From positions 65,976-129,975 of the forward strand of contig CAWBAO010000001.1 of NCBI GenBank assembly GCA_963786945.1: a DNA stretch of 64,000 nt, given 5' to 3'. Below are positions 63,082 through 64,000 of this stretch, piece by piece. Each line of letters begins with the position of its first letter. Positions within the stretch are counted from its first letter, which is position 1. The stretch is from an uncultured delta proteobacterium. Lineage in GTDB: Bacteria > Myxococcota > Myxococcia > Myxococcales > Anaeromyxobacteraceae. The translations under genes were made by a program, and so were the position numbers. A model generated the notes under the pieces. That model saw only the letters and a list, made by a program, of their open reading frames with translations. It ran no database searches and had not been told where the DNA came from.

Positions 63082-63315
63082 TCAGCCGGGCAGGTGGCGC
63101 GCCAGCATCCTGGCCACCGAGAGCGGCCCGTCGAAGCCATCGGCGCAGTCGAGCTGGATCACGTCCGAATCGGGCAGCTCCGGGATCCGGGTGGGCGCGA
63201 CCAGGAGGAGCGCCGCCGGGACCAGCCAGCGGAGCCAGGACAGCATCTGGGAGAGCCGGCGCCGGTCCGCGGTGGGCCGGACCACGATCACCAGCTTCGG
63301 TGTGGACGGCGTCAT
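63082..63315 (-). CDS. questionable small ORF upstream of the znuC-like gene
   Basis: It is an ATG ORF of 77 aa with a weak SD and no recognisable motif. Confidence 0.25.
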   Translation of the reverse strand: MTPSTPKLVIVVRPTADRRRLSQMLSWLRWLVPAALLLVAPTRIPELPDSDVIQLDCADGFDGPLSVARMLARHLPG

Positions 63316-63521
63316 GTCCTTGAGAACCTCGGGGGCGTCCGGAGGATTCCGCCCTCCACCAGCGGTCCTCCTGACTACGCGCCGGGCCGGGGGATCTTTC
63401 GTGGCCCCCGGGCTGGGCGTCCGGAGGCCCGATATCCCACGGGTATTCGAGGCCGGCCGGCCACCGCGACTGCCCGGTCCAGGTGGGCACGGGGACGGCG
63501 GGAAGGTGCTACGGTCCTCCC

Positions 63522-64000
63522 TTGGCGATTCCCCTCCTGACCCGCGCGCGGCGGGCCCTGCGCGGCGTGGCGTTGCGCGGGCTGGTCGCGCTCTTCGCGG
63601 GCCTGCCCCTGCGCACCGCCCTGGCGCTGGCCTCCGGGCTGAGCTGGTGCGGGTGGCGCCTGGCCGGCCAGACCCGGCGTCGCATGCTGGCGCACCTCGC
63701 CATCGCCTTCCCCGCCCTCTCCGCGGCCGAGCGGGAGGCGCTCGGGCAGGCCAGCCTGCGCCACCTCGCCTGGCTGGTCGCCGAGATGCTGTCGGTCCGC
63801 AGCTACGACTCGGCGCTGGAGCGCTACGTGAGCTTCGCCCCCGGAGCGGAGGCCCGCCTCCGCCAGGTGATGGCCGAGGGGCGCGGGCTGGTCATGGTCT
63901 CCGGGCACATCGGCCACTGGGAGCTGCTGGCTCGCCGGCTGGTCCGGGCCGGCATCCCCTGCGCCACCGTGGCCCGCAGCGGCACCAACCCGATCGTGCA
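63522..64000 (+). CDS. lysophospholipid/lipid A acyltransferase (LpxL/HtrB family), 3'-truncated at the window edge
   Basis: This is my own translation and is not in the track, because there is no stop before the edge. It reads LAIPLLTRARR...NLAIAFP-like AHLAIAFPALS...GLVMVSGHIGHWELL (the HxxxxE acyltransferase motif). The TTG start is uncertain. Confidence 0.65.
   Translation, partial: MAIPLLTRARRALRGVALRGLVALFAGLPLRTALALASGLSWCGWRLAGQTRRRMLAHLAIAFPALSAAEREALGQASLRHLAWLVAEMLSVRSYDSALERYVSFAPGAEARLRQVMAEGRGLVMVSGHIGHWELLARRLVRAGIPCATVARSGTNPIV

Noticed and set aside
63333-63427. A 13-nt direct repeat GGGCGTCCGGAGG (63333-63345 and 63415-63427) and an imperfect palindrome GATATCCCACGGGTATTC in the znuC/lpxL-like divergent intergenic region. 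This could be an operator, for example a Zur-type site.
   Set aside because: It does not resemble the AT-rich Zur box I know. GC-rich 13-mers recur by chance in such genomes, and I cannot compute significance here.
1-64000. A search for tRNA, rRNA, tmRNA, riboswitch leaders, IS elements, integrases and CRISPR arrays in the intergenic regions of 140 nt or more (1653-1878, 19335-19548, 27042-27182, 37317-37486, 37964-38109, 39679-39926, 63316-63521).
   Set aside because: I recognised no cloverleaf-like or conserved riboswitch sequence, no inverted terminal repeats and no recombinase genes. I could only scan by eye, so small ncRNAs cannot be excluded.

Overview
This is a very high-GC bacterial chromosomal window (visually over 70% G+C, with GC3-saturated codons). 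I recognised about 60 protein-coding genes and no rRNA, tRNA, CRISPR array, IS element or prophage. The gene content suggests a Myxococcota / Anaeromyxobacter-like genome: a class III cyclase with HAMP, a Cys-rich OmpA-type lipoprotein, many TPR envelope proteins and an egtD/egtB pair. That taxonomic call is inference only. All family calls come from motif recognition in the supplied translations, with no database search. Many long track ORFs are out-of-frame or antisense 'shadow' ORFs typical of high-GC DNA, so I trimmed or rejected them using recognisable domains, Shine-Dalgarno (SD) plus start codon context, and 4-nt start/stop overlaps (ATGA/GTGA).

Ordinary content:
- glutaminase, a Sir2 deacylase, an aldo/keto reductase, an HNH endonuclease;
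- an IorAB-type molybdoenzyme with divergent mocA/xdhC maturation genes;
- ferrochelatase, a GH15 glucoamylase and an SDR oxidoreductase;
- a response regulator / histidine kinase / DegQ / Pal-like envelope module;
- PPK2 abutting a P3A-type P-ATPase;
- a LysR regulator, a Liv-type ABC transporter, an alcohol dehydrogenase, an aldehyde dehydrogenase and an ABM protein;
- cydAB, an ABC-2 exporter, a nitroreductase, LOG plus a beta-CASP RNase, and znuBC-like genes.

The most interesting locus is 30789-37963 on the minus strand. A small exported protein carries six exact LPPGHPP heptads at a strict 13-residue period. It sits directly upstream of a tightly coupled operon encoding:
- a PqqD-like (RRE-type) protein;
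- an ATP-grasp ligase;
- an Orn/DAP/Arg-type PLP decarboxylase;
- a urea-transporter-domain / M23-peptidase fusion;
- a TPR / beta-barrel outer-membrane protein;
- a periplasmic TPR protein.
I know of no described pathway with this composition.

The second locus of interest is 16036-19334. It encodes a lipoprotein with three Ig-like repeats followed by three diverged modules of about 285 aa that are extremely methionine-rich. The three modules lie in three successive reading frames.

egtB also carries a single-base frame break. All three frame breaks in the window are +1 events in G/C-only context, so sequence error versus real pseudogenisation must be resolved.
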